DNA of 64,000 nucleotides from Tachypleus tridentatus (taxonomy: Eukaryota): the NCBI RefSeq assembly GCF_004210375.1, contig NC_134831.1, positions 98,889,522-98,953,521 of the forward strand. The letters run 5' to 3'. The notes beneath the pieces were generated by a model, which saw only the letters and a program-made list of their open reading frames with translations, was not told the DNA's origin and ran no database searches. Every line of letters begins with the position of its first letter. Positions within the stretch are counted from its first letter, which is position 1. Made by a program: the position numbers and the translations under genes. This document shows positions 1 to 11,520 of this stretch, piece by piece.

Positions 1-744
1 TTTAACATTGCTGTACTGAATTATGGAACAACCCTGTAGGTAACTTGATTCAATTACATTTGTCTAGTGACAGTGATTAATAAAATAATTTCTAAAATAA
101 AATAGGATGGAAATCAATAAATTCATTTTCAGCAGCCATGGCTTGTACCACGTGTCTTTTTTTTTTTGCGTGTATGTTTTAGAACCGAGCTAAATCGGTC
201 TTCTTGCTAAGTGAGGACTGACATGCCACGTGCCATTTTGTGTGCGTCTTGGAGTCGAGCTCATCTGTCTTATTACTTGAGGATTGGAATGGCCTGTGAT
301 TTGGGCGATCGACTTCCTTCATTGAACATCTTTTCTCTTTCGGGGACATAATGATGTGAGAGTGAAACCAAATTATTTAATTACAATAACCAAAGAGTTT
401 GTATTGACTAGTTGTCTTACCTCTAGTCCATCATTTCTAGATTATAAACGGTTAGGACAGAAGTCTCGAGTAGCTTCTGTGCGAAATTCAAAACAAACGC
501 ATGAAGTGGTTTACATAGTTTTAAATAAACAATGCCCATTAATTAAAAAGTATTCGATTTTCAATGCGAATACGTGTGTTTAACAGAAATAATGAAGCTC
601 TCAGGGGCATCACAAACATGCCTTTATTAAAAAAGCTTCCCACGTATCCCAAATTTTTAAATTAATAGTAACCGGATATTTACCATTGGGGTTTTGTTTG
701 ATAATGGTTTGGGTACTGTCGTTCTGATTGAGAAGTATGTTTTT

Positions 745-1000
745 GAATTTTGCACACAGCTACACCAGAGTTAGCAGTGTAAGACTAGGAATTCCCTCTA
801 GGAATGCAGGTATTTATTACCACGCATCGTAAACTCTTGAGCTGTTCTTTTACCAGTTAATAGTGGGATTGACCATACCTTTATAATTCCCCCACAAATG
901 AAAGGACGAGCACATCTAATGGGACGGGGATTGGAACCCGCGATCCTAGAATTACGAGTCAAGTGCTTTAACAACCTTGGTGTGCAATACATTCCTCTGC
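745..1000 (-). mobile_element. tRNA-derived SINE copy A, diverged.
   Basis: The reverse complement of the right end is a tRNA-like head with a B-box (ggttccaatcc). The left end carries the family tail motif cacagctaca...ttagcagtgtaagac. Confidence 0.65.
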
Positions 1001-1020
1001 ATTCTATATCTCGCATCTTA

Positions 1021-1100
1021 CGGATTTAAGAATTAATGTTAAAATATAATAATAATATAATGCAACGTTAAAATATAATAATAATAATAATTTTGACTAA
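1021..1100. repeat. Low-complexity AT/AAT-rich simple repeat (ttaaaatataataataat units).
   Basis: Seen directly in the sequence. Confidence 0.7.
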
Positions 1101-1458
1101 TCATTATTCGCCACCTTCGTTATTTTTGTCGTTGTTGAATGGCATCATTTCCGAAGCCTTTATGTAACTCCAGATTAATGCATGGGCGGACCGGGCTGAA
1201 GCCCAGGGCCTTAAGCTATGACTAACTTGTATAGGCCCCCTCGAGACAAAACTTCTACGTGCAATACTATATGTATCCTAAGAATGTCCACACAATCTGT
1301 AATTACCAAGAACACGGACATGTTTCTTTACTAACATTTTATATTAATTGCTGTATCGAGAAAAACAGTGCTTGTATCAACTTTCGCACAAAGCGATATA
1401 TACAAAGAAATCTGCGCATAACCGTCCCTCACTTTGAACCAATAGACTTGAAGGAAGG

Positions 1459-1742
1459 ATTTTTTTTTTCGTTTATTTTTGAATTTCGCGCAACGCTACA
1501 AGAGATCTGCGCTAACCGTCCCTAATTAAGCGGTGTAAGATAAGTAGAGGGAAAGCACAGTCATCACCACCCACCGCCAACTCTTGGGCTACTCTTTTAC
1601 CAACGAATAGTGGGATTGACCGTCACATTATAACGCCCCCACGAATGATTAAAAGGCGAGCATGTTTGGTGCGACCGGTATTCGAACCCGCGACCTTAGG
1701 ATTACGAGTCAAACGCCTTAACCCACCTGGCCATGCGCACCG
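1459..1742 (-). mobile_element. tRNA-derived SINE copy B, with a partial duplication of its tail at 1381..1445.
   Basis: The head reverse complement is gtgcgcatggccaggtgggttaaggcgtttgactcgtaatcctaaggtcgcgggttcgaatacc. The tail is gaatttcgcgcaacgctaca..ccgtccctaattaagcggtgtaag. A T-run follows at 1459..1470. Confidence 0.75.
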
Positions 1743-2187
1743 AAGAAGGGAGGAAGCAATCAACAGCACCCACCTGACACCGGTGTGACCCACTACCACC
1801 CACCTGACATCACTGAGATACTGTGGTGTGACCTACTACTTGAAATATAATAAGAACCCTTTCATTTTGGTGATTTTTTTTCTATTATTTTATATCTTAT
1901 TCACTTAAATAGATATTGACTGAACTTATCTGAACTTCCTTTCTTTTAGCACTTAGGTTGTAAAACTATTATCGCAACCAGTGGTGGAGGAAGGAGTTAT
2001 AAAGTGGGGTGCGTGGCTAGACACGCAAATTTTACAACCAGAGACAAAGTATAAGGAACTGCTAAAAGTAGCTTCCGTGTTGCCAAAGGAGGCTCTGTTT
2101 AAGGGTTCGTACCCTTCTAGAAAATTACAAAAGTGGGGGTGGTGTATACCATCTTCAGTTTCAACACCTCTCGTACAACAGAGACAT

Positions 2188-2381
2188 TAATGTAATGCTT
2201 CTGACAAGCCAGTTGTTCAATCCATTAATGTAATGCTTCTGACAAGCCAGTTGTTTAATCCATTTGTTACGAAATAAAATCTCCAGTAAAGAAGGGGAAG
2301 GAGAAACGTGCCAGGTAGACCTGATGATTATCGCCCTTGTTTAATGTGCGACCCGATGATTGTCGCCCTTGTTTAATATAT
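2188..2381. repeat. Two short local tandem duplications: a 37-bp unit taatgtaatgcttctgacaagccagttgttcaatcca in 2 copies, and a roughly 30-bp unit cYgatgattRtcgcccttgtttaat in 2 copies.
   Basis: Seen directly in the sequence. Confidence 0.8.
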
Positions 2382-3099
2382 AAATTAAAAGGAAACACGA
2401 CGCGAAGTAAATGTAACTAGCTCCACGACCTTCTAAACCATTATTAGAGTTAGACGCCTACATTTTTATTCTTTAGAATGACCTTGCCAGCGGCTAGTAG
2501 AATCAACCACATCCTCTTGTGGCGAATGAAACGCGCCAGAAAAAGACTTACTAGCATCTTTTCCCAGTTAGTATAAAAGTAACAAACATTAGAGTTAGGT
2601 TTGGTCAGGATATACAAAGGGAGTAGTTCTTGTACTCAAGGTTAAAAAGAGAATCAATGGAAACCAGAAACCTACGTCGTATTTTGGTGAATTCCTCACA
2701 CCCATACGAGGAACGTTAGGGTAGAACACTTCACTTTCCTGGCTGACCACCCGTTAAAACCGAGTCAAGTTTGTATAGAAAATGTTTCTTGCAATTAGAA
2801 GACTTACTTTAATATCACAGTATCGCATTTCGTGTATGAAACATCAACACAAGTACACATTATTTCATTAAGTTGTTTCATTGGGTGTTCAGAACAACGC
2901 TACAAAACAATGTTCTGTGTTGCTCACCAGAGTATTGAAACCGTTTATTAAGCCTTAAGGCTTGCAATTGGGTGTAGGGGATAATACATTCAAAACAAAA
3001 TCTTCATAAATATAACTTTTATTTACTTGGTAGTCGAAAAGATACAGCCTTATCAAAAAATTAATCTGTGCAATGTATATTGATAACACTATGTAACAA

Positions 3100-3515
3100 A
3101 ATGTTTACTTTTCTTGTTCCTAGGTAGAAAGTGTTTTCCCAATTACTTATGCCTAAAGTAAATGGAAAAGACCTATTATTCTCTTCAAACTTTGCTTTTG
3201 TGACCTGTATACGTGTATTTAGGGGCTGATACGTGAAAGTGGTTTACATTAGTTGCAGATCTCTTAAAACCACTCGCTTCTAAACATTTTTGTATAACTT
3301 TAGTATAAATACATGTAAATCTTCATATGTTGTTTTATTCAGGCCTTATGTAAATGAAAATGTGTAAATTTGCCTGTTTTTACATAGAAAATAGGTTAAT
3401 TTCTAAATTTCATTATCCAGGTCACAAAAGCAAAGTTTGAGGGGAATAATGACCATTTTCTGTACTTTTACAACATAAACAATTATGAAATAACACATAT
3501 TGTCCAGGAACAGAA
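3100..3515. mobile_element. MITE-like non-autonomous element, copy 1 (about 410 bp). It has roughly 12-bp terminal inverted repeats (cttgttcctagg ... ccaggaacag) and roughly 26-bp subterminal inverted repeats (ctcttcaaactttgcttttgtgacctg / caggtcacaaaagcaaagtttgagg).
   Basis: The whole element recurs at 17165..17580 in opposite orientation at about 85% identity. There is no coding capacity. Confidence 0.65.
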
Positions 3516-4487
3516 TCTGTGATACATAGTGTTATTACAGTGTAACCATATGATTTACCTGATAGTTTTACACACCTGGGTCAGTCCCTTGTAATCAGGA
3601 TGACACGTTTTAATACAAATTTGATTCAAAACCTTATCTTAAACTTTTCGTTGAAAATTCGGGCGACTTTCAGCATACAGCAAAAGCCTAAACTCAAACG
3701 ATTCTCATCGCATATATATCAGAAGGGTCTCTGAATCTATGTATTAAAAGTATGCTGTGAAAGACGAACAAATGTATGTGGTTATATGCTCGAAGTAGTT
3801 CAAAATACGTAATGAATATATTATGAATTAATGTTTGAATCTGAATAAAATACACGACTCTTTGGAATAAAGGGTAAAATAAAACTCTGACATTTTACCT
3901 GAACTTGTATTTCAAAAAAAGGTTAATTTTTCTCTCGACTTGGAAATGCATCTTTACAAAAGTTCAGCTGCACAATAAACCGTTCAACGATAATTTCTAT
4001 TTGTCGAGTGAATTTAAGTAACTCGCCTAAAAAGGTACTTTTTTAAAGTCTTAAAATTTAAAAACAATAACAACAGAACAATCCTTTTATATATAACTAT
4101 ACGAAATGGGTGTCAGGTGAGTAAATTTTTCGTATTTTAAAAAAAAATATTTTTAATTTATTGAGGTTTTCAAATCTAATGTTAGCAAAAAAAATCTGGC
4201 TTTTCTACGCCATTGTAACAATTTTGATAATGAAACCAGAACATCAAAAATGTTCCACTGTCATGCCTCGAAATGTTGTCTTAAATATTAGTAACACACG
4301 TGGTCAGTCGAACGGAATGTCTTAACAAACAGCACTAAGATTTCTCTGCGTGCTCATGTTTTCGACACTGTTTATTGTTTCGGTCAGCAAGAAATATTTT
4401 GCACTTTAAATTCCAACTCTAGAACAAAAGATTAGTTAAACGGAAGTTTTTGGCAGTTTTAGATTTGTGTTTTCTTGTAGCAAAGCC

Positions 4488-4572
4488 ACGTTGGGCTATC
4501 TGTTAAGTCCACCAAGAGGAATCGAACCCCTGATTTTAGCGTTGTAAATCCGTAGACATACCGTTGTAGTAG
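4488..4572 (-). mobile_element. Second tRNA-like SINE head, minus copy. It has a partner in inverse orientation at 4772..4850.
   Basis: The reverse complement reads gccccccgctactacaacggtatgtctacggatttacaacgctaaaatcaggggttcgattcctcttggtggactt, with a B-box ggttcgattcc, followed by ..cagatagcccaacgtggctttgctacaag, which resembles the family-1 tail. Confidence 0.55.
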
Positions 4573-4771
4573 CGGGGGGCGGTAGTTTTAGAAGGAAATA
4601 TCATACATCTCCAACGTTTCGTTACACTACCCAGTAAAAACAGAAACGCAAAGTGCAGCCTACATGATGCCAAAAACGTTTTATTTCTTAAAGTTTAAGT
4701 TTTACGAGTTAGTTTCACTAATATTCACTGATAGGCTTAAGTTTACAGTCAATAACTTACTAAACATTTGC

Positions 4772-4850
4772 TCCCGCCCCCATGTAGTAGTTCGGTGGTA
4801 TGTCTACAGGCTTACGACGCTGAAAAACTGGTTTCGATAACCGTAGTGAC
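4772..4850 (+). mobile_element. Second tRNA-like SINE head, plus copy, inverted relative to 4488..4572.
   Basis: The sequence ccatgtagtagttcggtggtatgtctacaggcttacgacgctgaaaaactggtttcgataaccgtagtgac is about 75% similar to the partner. Confidence 0.5.
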
Positions 4851-7480
4851 TAGAGAACAGATAGTCTATTTTGTAGTTATGTGATAAATAACAAGCAACG
4901 TTTACTAGTTGGTTAAACTTGCTATACAATGTGTATGACCTTATTACAAACTCTGTAATTACAGTCCTGATTAAGTAAAAGGGTCTCGATACAATCACTG
5001 CTCCAAAACATTGGGAAAAATCTAGTCGTTACCTTCCTTCTTCCCATACAACACTATGCATGTATATATAGTACAAAATACGTAAATATGTGGGGAAAGT
5101 TCTAATCTCGTTATTCCTTGAAAGGGAAAGTTTATATTGCTGCCTTATAACAAACGATGTTCAAATGAGTGACCACTAGATAAACTCCCAGATGCATCAT
5201 TAGGTTAATCATCAGTCAGGATTGTTCTGAAACGAAACGTTTCACAATGAGCTCACTTAACTTAAAGCATTAATGTATAGAAGTGAGTTACATAAGCTAA
5301 AGAAATGGCTGGAATTTTTTTTTTTTAAATGACATAAGCGGAGCTGGAAACTTATTTACCTAAAAATACCAACCAGCTGTGTTGGTACGTGGCCATGCGG
5401 CCTACATCATCTACTTCCAGGCACCAGACAGATGGTTCAACGCATCACTCATCGTATTACTTAAATAACAAAACAAGAAAACCCGTCTATCTATAGACGA
5501 TTCCAGTTAAGTGATCTCAACTCCAACTATAACCTCAAAACAGAATAAAAAATAGAACCAGTGCATAAAGCAACAAACAGCCATGAAATATATTGTCAGT
5601 TTTCACTGTGAACATAAAAAAATCCAAACGAGCACAACCTTAAAATGTAATGCAATACAATAACACAAAAAACTGCTTAAAATGTACTCTAATCCAATAA
5701 CTATACAAGTTTAAATGTTGCCCTGCTGTCTACGAATAGTAAATAACTGAATTGAGTTGTCAAAATTTAAAACAAAAACTCGCTAATGTATTATTAAAGT
5801 CCATTCGATAGATCCTAGTATTAAAGCATCAAAAGTTCCATTTATTACCAAACCTTTGTGCATAATTTAAATATTTGATTAGGTACACAACTGCTGTTAT
5901 CACATACTGTAGTGATATTATAGTAGACCAGTGCGTGTAGAAGATATCACAATTACATTTTATATTTGTTGTTGTTCTGGGCAAAGCTACACAATAGGCT
6001 AACTGTATTCTGCCCACCATGGTTATTAAAATCCCGTTTTTAACGTTCTAAATGCTTAGACTTGCAGGCGAGACATTGTTGGGAAGGGAGGTTGGACGTT
6101 GATCAACGCGTCAACCTTGACAAGCGACCGTCTGACCAGTAACTGGTATCTTTCACTCTAACTCAAAATTTATTAATGAGTATGGGTCAAATTATATACA
6201 AGGTGCCTTCAATGTCCGTATTCTATCGCGTATAAATGATATTTTTTGTTTATATTTCAGATAAATATAAATAATATATATTGGGTGATTAAACAGATTA
6301 ATAGGATATGTGATATACGTACACAACTTAATAGTACGCAATTTAAACAAATGTTGAAATAAGGGTTAATCACGAATTTAGTCTACAAGTACAGACCTTT
6401 GAAACATCCTGTATTCTTTCTACTGGTGTTTCACTTCATAATCTAACCACATTTCTGAGAATAATTTTCTAGTTAAAACATAATTCATTCTTATTTATCA
6501 CCGTAATTATATCACTTTAAAATACGCAGTTGTTAGCGTTACAACTGTTATTTATTTATGACTTAAGGTACCACAAACACGTAATACGGATTTTTACTGC
6601 TTCTTTAAAAAGAAGTGCACGCTGGGAAATATTTTATTCTATTAAAATTAAACTTTGGCTGAAAAGATTATTCTATTTTAAGCCTCCTTCATTTTAAGTG
6701 TTTCAAAGTGGACTTTTCCTAGATGCTTCTAAATAATAAATGGTTAATATAATTTTTAAGAACATTTTCACAAGATAACTTTGTGAAACTTTGCCGCCTT
6801 CTTTCTTTTGAAAACCTGTTTCAATTAACACACAAATCGATGAAAGTAAATCTGAAACCCAACTTACCAATTGATTTATCACTTGTCACCGAGTTATACC
6901 AGTATCGGGAAATTCCATCCTTAATCAGTAACTTTGGACACAGACAGATCGAAAAACAAGACTTCTTTCTTATAGTATAAATACAGTTTCATTCTAGTAA
7001 GTAAAAGACAAGTGAAAAAACGCCATGCATATATTAAAACCAATAAAAGCTTTAGGTCTAACTTAGTTACAAAAGGAAAGACCTTCATTCTCTATGTAAG
7101 GCGCTGGTGTACAATTGTAGTAAAACATTAAAAAAATAATTATAAGTTACCTAATAATTAAATATTTTTCAGATTATAAGTTTCTTCCTCTGACATACAA
7201 TAAACTCCGGGTATTTTCTCTATATCTTCGTCGACATGTCCTGTATTTGTAAAAGGCACAAAGCAATACACAATGATTTGACCACAATTGGTATTTAAAC
7301 TTGATTTGTAGCGTTGTAAGCCCCATAGATTTATTGCTGTCTTACGAGAGCGTATATCGGCTTCTTTATAAAATTTAAACATTTTTTTCCCTTTAGGTAT
7401 CCGAGACTTATCTTAAAGTTAAGTTAATTAGACTGCTATTACCCATACATTTTTTGTACACTAATAACATGGTAACGTAT

Positions 7481-7745
7481 AATACGCGCATGGCCAGGTG
7501 GTTAGGGTGTTGGACTGGTAATGAGAATGGTCGTGGGTTTAAATCCCTGTCAGACAAAACATGCTCGCCCTCCCAGCCGTGGAAGTATTATAATGGGACG
7601 GTCAAGCCCACTATTCGTTGATAAAGGATTAGGCCAAAAGTTGGTGATGACAAGCTGCCTTCCCTACAGTCTTACACTGCTAAATTATGGGCGGCTAGCA
7701 CAGATAGCCATCGTGTAGTGTTGCGCAAAATTCAAAAAATAAGCC
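7481..7745 (+). mobile_element. tRNA-derived SINE copy C; the reference copy in + orientation.
   Basis: Head catggccaggtggttagggtgttggactggtaatgagaatggtcgtgggtttaaatccc carries A- and B-box-like motifs. The body is ...gacggtcaagcccactattcgttgataaagg.... The tail is gctagcacagatagccatcgtgtagtgttgcgcaaaattcaaaaaataagcc. Confidence 0.8.
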
Positions 7746-8421
7746 AGGCAAACCTCTCATGATTCTCAGATACCTCCATTATACCGAAATTACTTCTACA
7801 GTTACTCTAAAAAAAAAAAAAAACCTCGTGACTCTCAAGAGGAACCAGAAACATAACATCTAATGCCAAGGTTGATTTCAGCGTCCCTAAAAACTTACTA
7901 TTCCTTACCATTGTTGGGTGACTTTTCAGGGGTGTTTTAGTTCCCCTTAGGAAGGGGGTTCGCCATATAGATAATGAAACTCTCCCATTAACTCTAAAAG
8001 TACGTTAGAAATTTACAAGCAAAATGAATTACGACTGTGTTATACTATATACAAATACACCCAATTTGCATATATTTTGGGTGGCTTAAAAACTGGAGCT
8101 CAGAAGTTATTCCGTTCCGGTGAATTCAGACCTTGTTCTTATATCTTTGACAAACTCTGACTCGGTTTAATGACAAATAAAGGGCTTTCTGAAGCATCAA
8201 ACTATGCAGCGACATCTATTGATTAGATATGCAACATAATTGATAATAAATTCGATTACAACACGAATGTAACATCTTCATGCATTACTATAGAAACATA
8301 TTTTATTAAAACAATGACTAGAAATATCACTGTAAAATATGCTTACCCTCCCAGAATTATCAAATCTTTTGAAGAAAACAAAATATAATAAATTAATTTT
8401 AACGTTCTAAACGTGCCAGTT

Positions 8422-8672
8422 TGTTTTTTGAATTTCACGCAAAGCTAGCCGTCCCTAATTTAGCAGTGTGAGACCAGAGGGAAGGCAGCTAGTGATCATC
8501 ATCCACAGCCAACTCTTGGGCTACTCTTTTACCAACAAACAGTGAGATTGACTGTCACATTATAACACCTCCACGGCTGAAAGGGCGAGCATGTTTGGTG
8601 CGCCCTGCATTAGAACCCGCGATCCTCGAATTACGAGTCGAACGCCTTAACACGCTTGGCCATACCGGGCCC
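8422..8672 (-). mobile_element. tRNA-derived SINE copy D.
   Basis: Almost full-length match to copies B and C in reverse orientation. Its tail is ttttttgaatttcacgcaaagctagccgtccctaatttagcagtgtgagac. Confidence 0.8.
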
Positions 8673-9208
8673 CAACGTCTTAGTGGTAGCTACTTCATAT
8701 ACAAGTATCCATAATATTACGTCTGCTTTGAAGGAAAACTTTATCTTTTAGAAAACACCTAACAAAAACCACCCTGTTCTCTTATTCTAATACCGGTAAA
8801 CTTCATGTCCTCACAAAGAAACACGTGGGCACTTTCAATGACTTTTATTGTTCGCATATTTATTCTTCAAACTTCCAGAATTTGACCTCAACAACATTTT
8901 TTTTCCATTTTGCTAAAACTGTCAGAAAATTGGACACAACCATGTAATATCATTATTTGCACTGTCGACCGTGGGCATGTTATAAAAGTGACAGTCATTC
9001 CACTTTTCAAAATATCTTGGCAAACCCTTTACGATGACAGGTGATGTGAGCTGCCTTTTCTATTGTTAAAAGTCGGAAAGGGCCACTTAACCCACTTGTA
9101 GATGATCTGGTATCGTCGTTATACAGATTCAAATTCCATTAAAGCTGTTTCTGAGATACAAATAGCATTGTTCATAACTCAGAACAGCTACTCTACATGT
9201 AATGAAAA

Positions 9209-11520
9209 TTAACTTAATATTATATATATATTTATATACGAGTTTTCTTTAAGATGCCTTTAACTTAATATTATATATATATTTATATACGAGTTTTCTT
9301 CAAGATACCTTTAACTTAATATTATATATATATTTATATACGAGTTTTCTTCAAGATACCTTTAACTTAATATTATATATATATTTATATACGTTTTCTT
9401 CAAGATACCTTTAACTTAATATTATATATATATTTATATACGATTTTCTTCAAGATGTCTAACTTAATATTATATATATATTTATATACTAGTTTTCTTC
9501 AAGATACCTTTAACTTAATATTATATATATATTTATATACGAGTTTTCTTCAAGATGTCTTTAACTTAATATTATATATATATTTATATACGAGTTTTCT
9601 TCAAGATACCTTTAACTTAATATTATATATATATTTATATACTAGTTTTCTTCAAGATACCTTTAACTTAATATTATATATATATTTATATACGAGTTTT
9701 CTTCAAGATGTCTTTAACTTAATATTATATATATATTTATATACGATTTTCTTCAAGATGTCTAACTTAATATTATATATATATTTATATACTAGTTTTC
9801 TTCAAGATACCTTTAACTTAATATTATATATATATATTTATATACGAGTTTTCTTCAAGATACCTTTAACTTAATATTATATATATATTTATATACGAGT
9901 TTTCTTCAAGATACCTTTAACTTAATATTATATATATATTTATATACGAGTTTTCTTCAAGATACCTTTAACTTAATATTATATATATATATTTATATAC
10001 GAGTTTTCTTCAAGATGTCTTTAACTTAATATTATACATATATTTATATACGAGTTTTCTTCAAGATACCTTTAACTTAATATTATATATATATATTTAT
10101 ATATGAGTTTTCTTCAAGATACCTTTAACTTAATATTATATATATATATTTATATACTAGTTTTCTTCAAGATGTCTTTAACTTAATATTATATATATAT
10201 TTATATACGAGTTTTCTTCAAGATACCTTTAACTTAATATTATATATATATATTTATATACGAGTTTTCTTCAAGATACCTTTAACTTAATATTATATAT
10301 ATATATATTTATATACGAGTTTTCTTCAAGATACCTTTAACTTAATATTATATATATATATTTATATACGAGTTTTCTTCAAGATGCCTTTAACTTAATA
10401 TTATATATATATTTATATACGAGTTTTCTTCAAGATACCTTTAACTTAATATTATATATATATATTTATATACGAGTTTTCTTCAAGATACCTTTAACTT
10501 AATATTATATATATATATTTATATACGAGTTTTCTTCAAGATGCCTTTAACTTAATATTATACATATATTTATATACGAGTTTTCTTCAAGATACCTTTA
10601 ACTTAATATTATATATATATATTTATATACTAGTTTTCTTCAAGATGCCTTTAACTTAATATTATATATATATTTATATACGAGTTTTCTTCAAGATACC
10701 TTTAACTTAATATTATATATATATTTATATATAGTTTTCTTCAAGATACCTTTAACTTAAAGATATATATATATTTATATACGAGTTTTCTTCAAGATGC
10801 CTTTAACTTAATATTATATATATATATTTATATACGAGTTTTCTTCAAGATGCCTTTAACTTAATATTATATATATATTTATATACGAGTTTTCTTCAAG
10901 ATACCTTTAACTTAATATTATATATATATTTATATACGAGTTTTCTTCAAGATACCTTTAACTTAATATTATATATATATTTATATACGAGTTTTCTTCA
11001 AGATACCTTTAACTTAATATTATATATATATTTATATACGAGTTTTCTTCAAGATGCCTTTAACTTAATATTATATATATATTTATATACGAGTTTTCTT
11101 CAAGATGCCTTTAACTTAATATTATATATATATTTATATACGAGTTTTCTTCAAGATGCCTTTAACTTAATATTATATATATATTTATATACGAGTTTTC
11201 TTCAAGATGCCTTTAACTTAATATTATATATATATTTATATACGAGTTTTCTTCAAGATACCTTTAACTTAATATTATATATATATTTATATACGAGTTT
11301 TCTTCAAGATACCTTTAACTTAATATTATATATATATTTATATACGAGTTTTCTTCAAGATGCCTTTAACTTAATATTATATATATATTTATATACGAGT
11401 TTTCTTCAAGATGCCTTTAACTTAATATTATATATATATTTATATACGAGTTTTCTTCAAGATGCCTTTAACTTAATATTATATATATATTTATATACGA
11501 GTTTTCTTCAAGATGCCTTT
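9209..11520. repeat. Tandem minisatellite, about 51-bp unit (ctttaacttaatattatatatatatttatatacgagttttcttcaagata), about 45 copies.
   Basis: The period of about 51 bp is directly visible, with variants gatgcc, gatacc and gatgtc. The ORF 9455..9874 read through it is an artefact. Confidence 0.95.

Noticed and set aside
7481-7560. The tRNA-like heads at 7481, 1680..1742, 8600..8672, 4488..4572 and 4772..4850 as tRNA genes.
   Set aside because: The cloverleaf is incomplete. Each is followed by a shared non-tRNA body and tail typical of SINEs and occurs in multiple diverged copies. No bona fide tRNA gene could be supported.
9455-9874. A 139-aa + ORF (and, by the same logic, ORFs 24533..25105, 25526..28519, 29437..30147 on both strands, 35309..35491, 36143..37886 and 42122..42535).
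   Set aside because: They are translations of homogeneous tandem repeats. The periodic peptide sequences and low-complexity composition mark them as artefacts; they show no codon structure and have no homologs.
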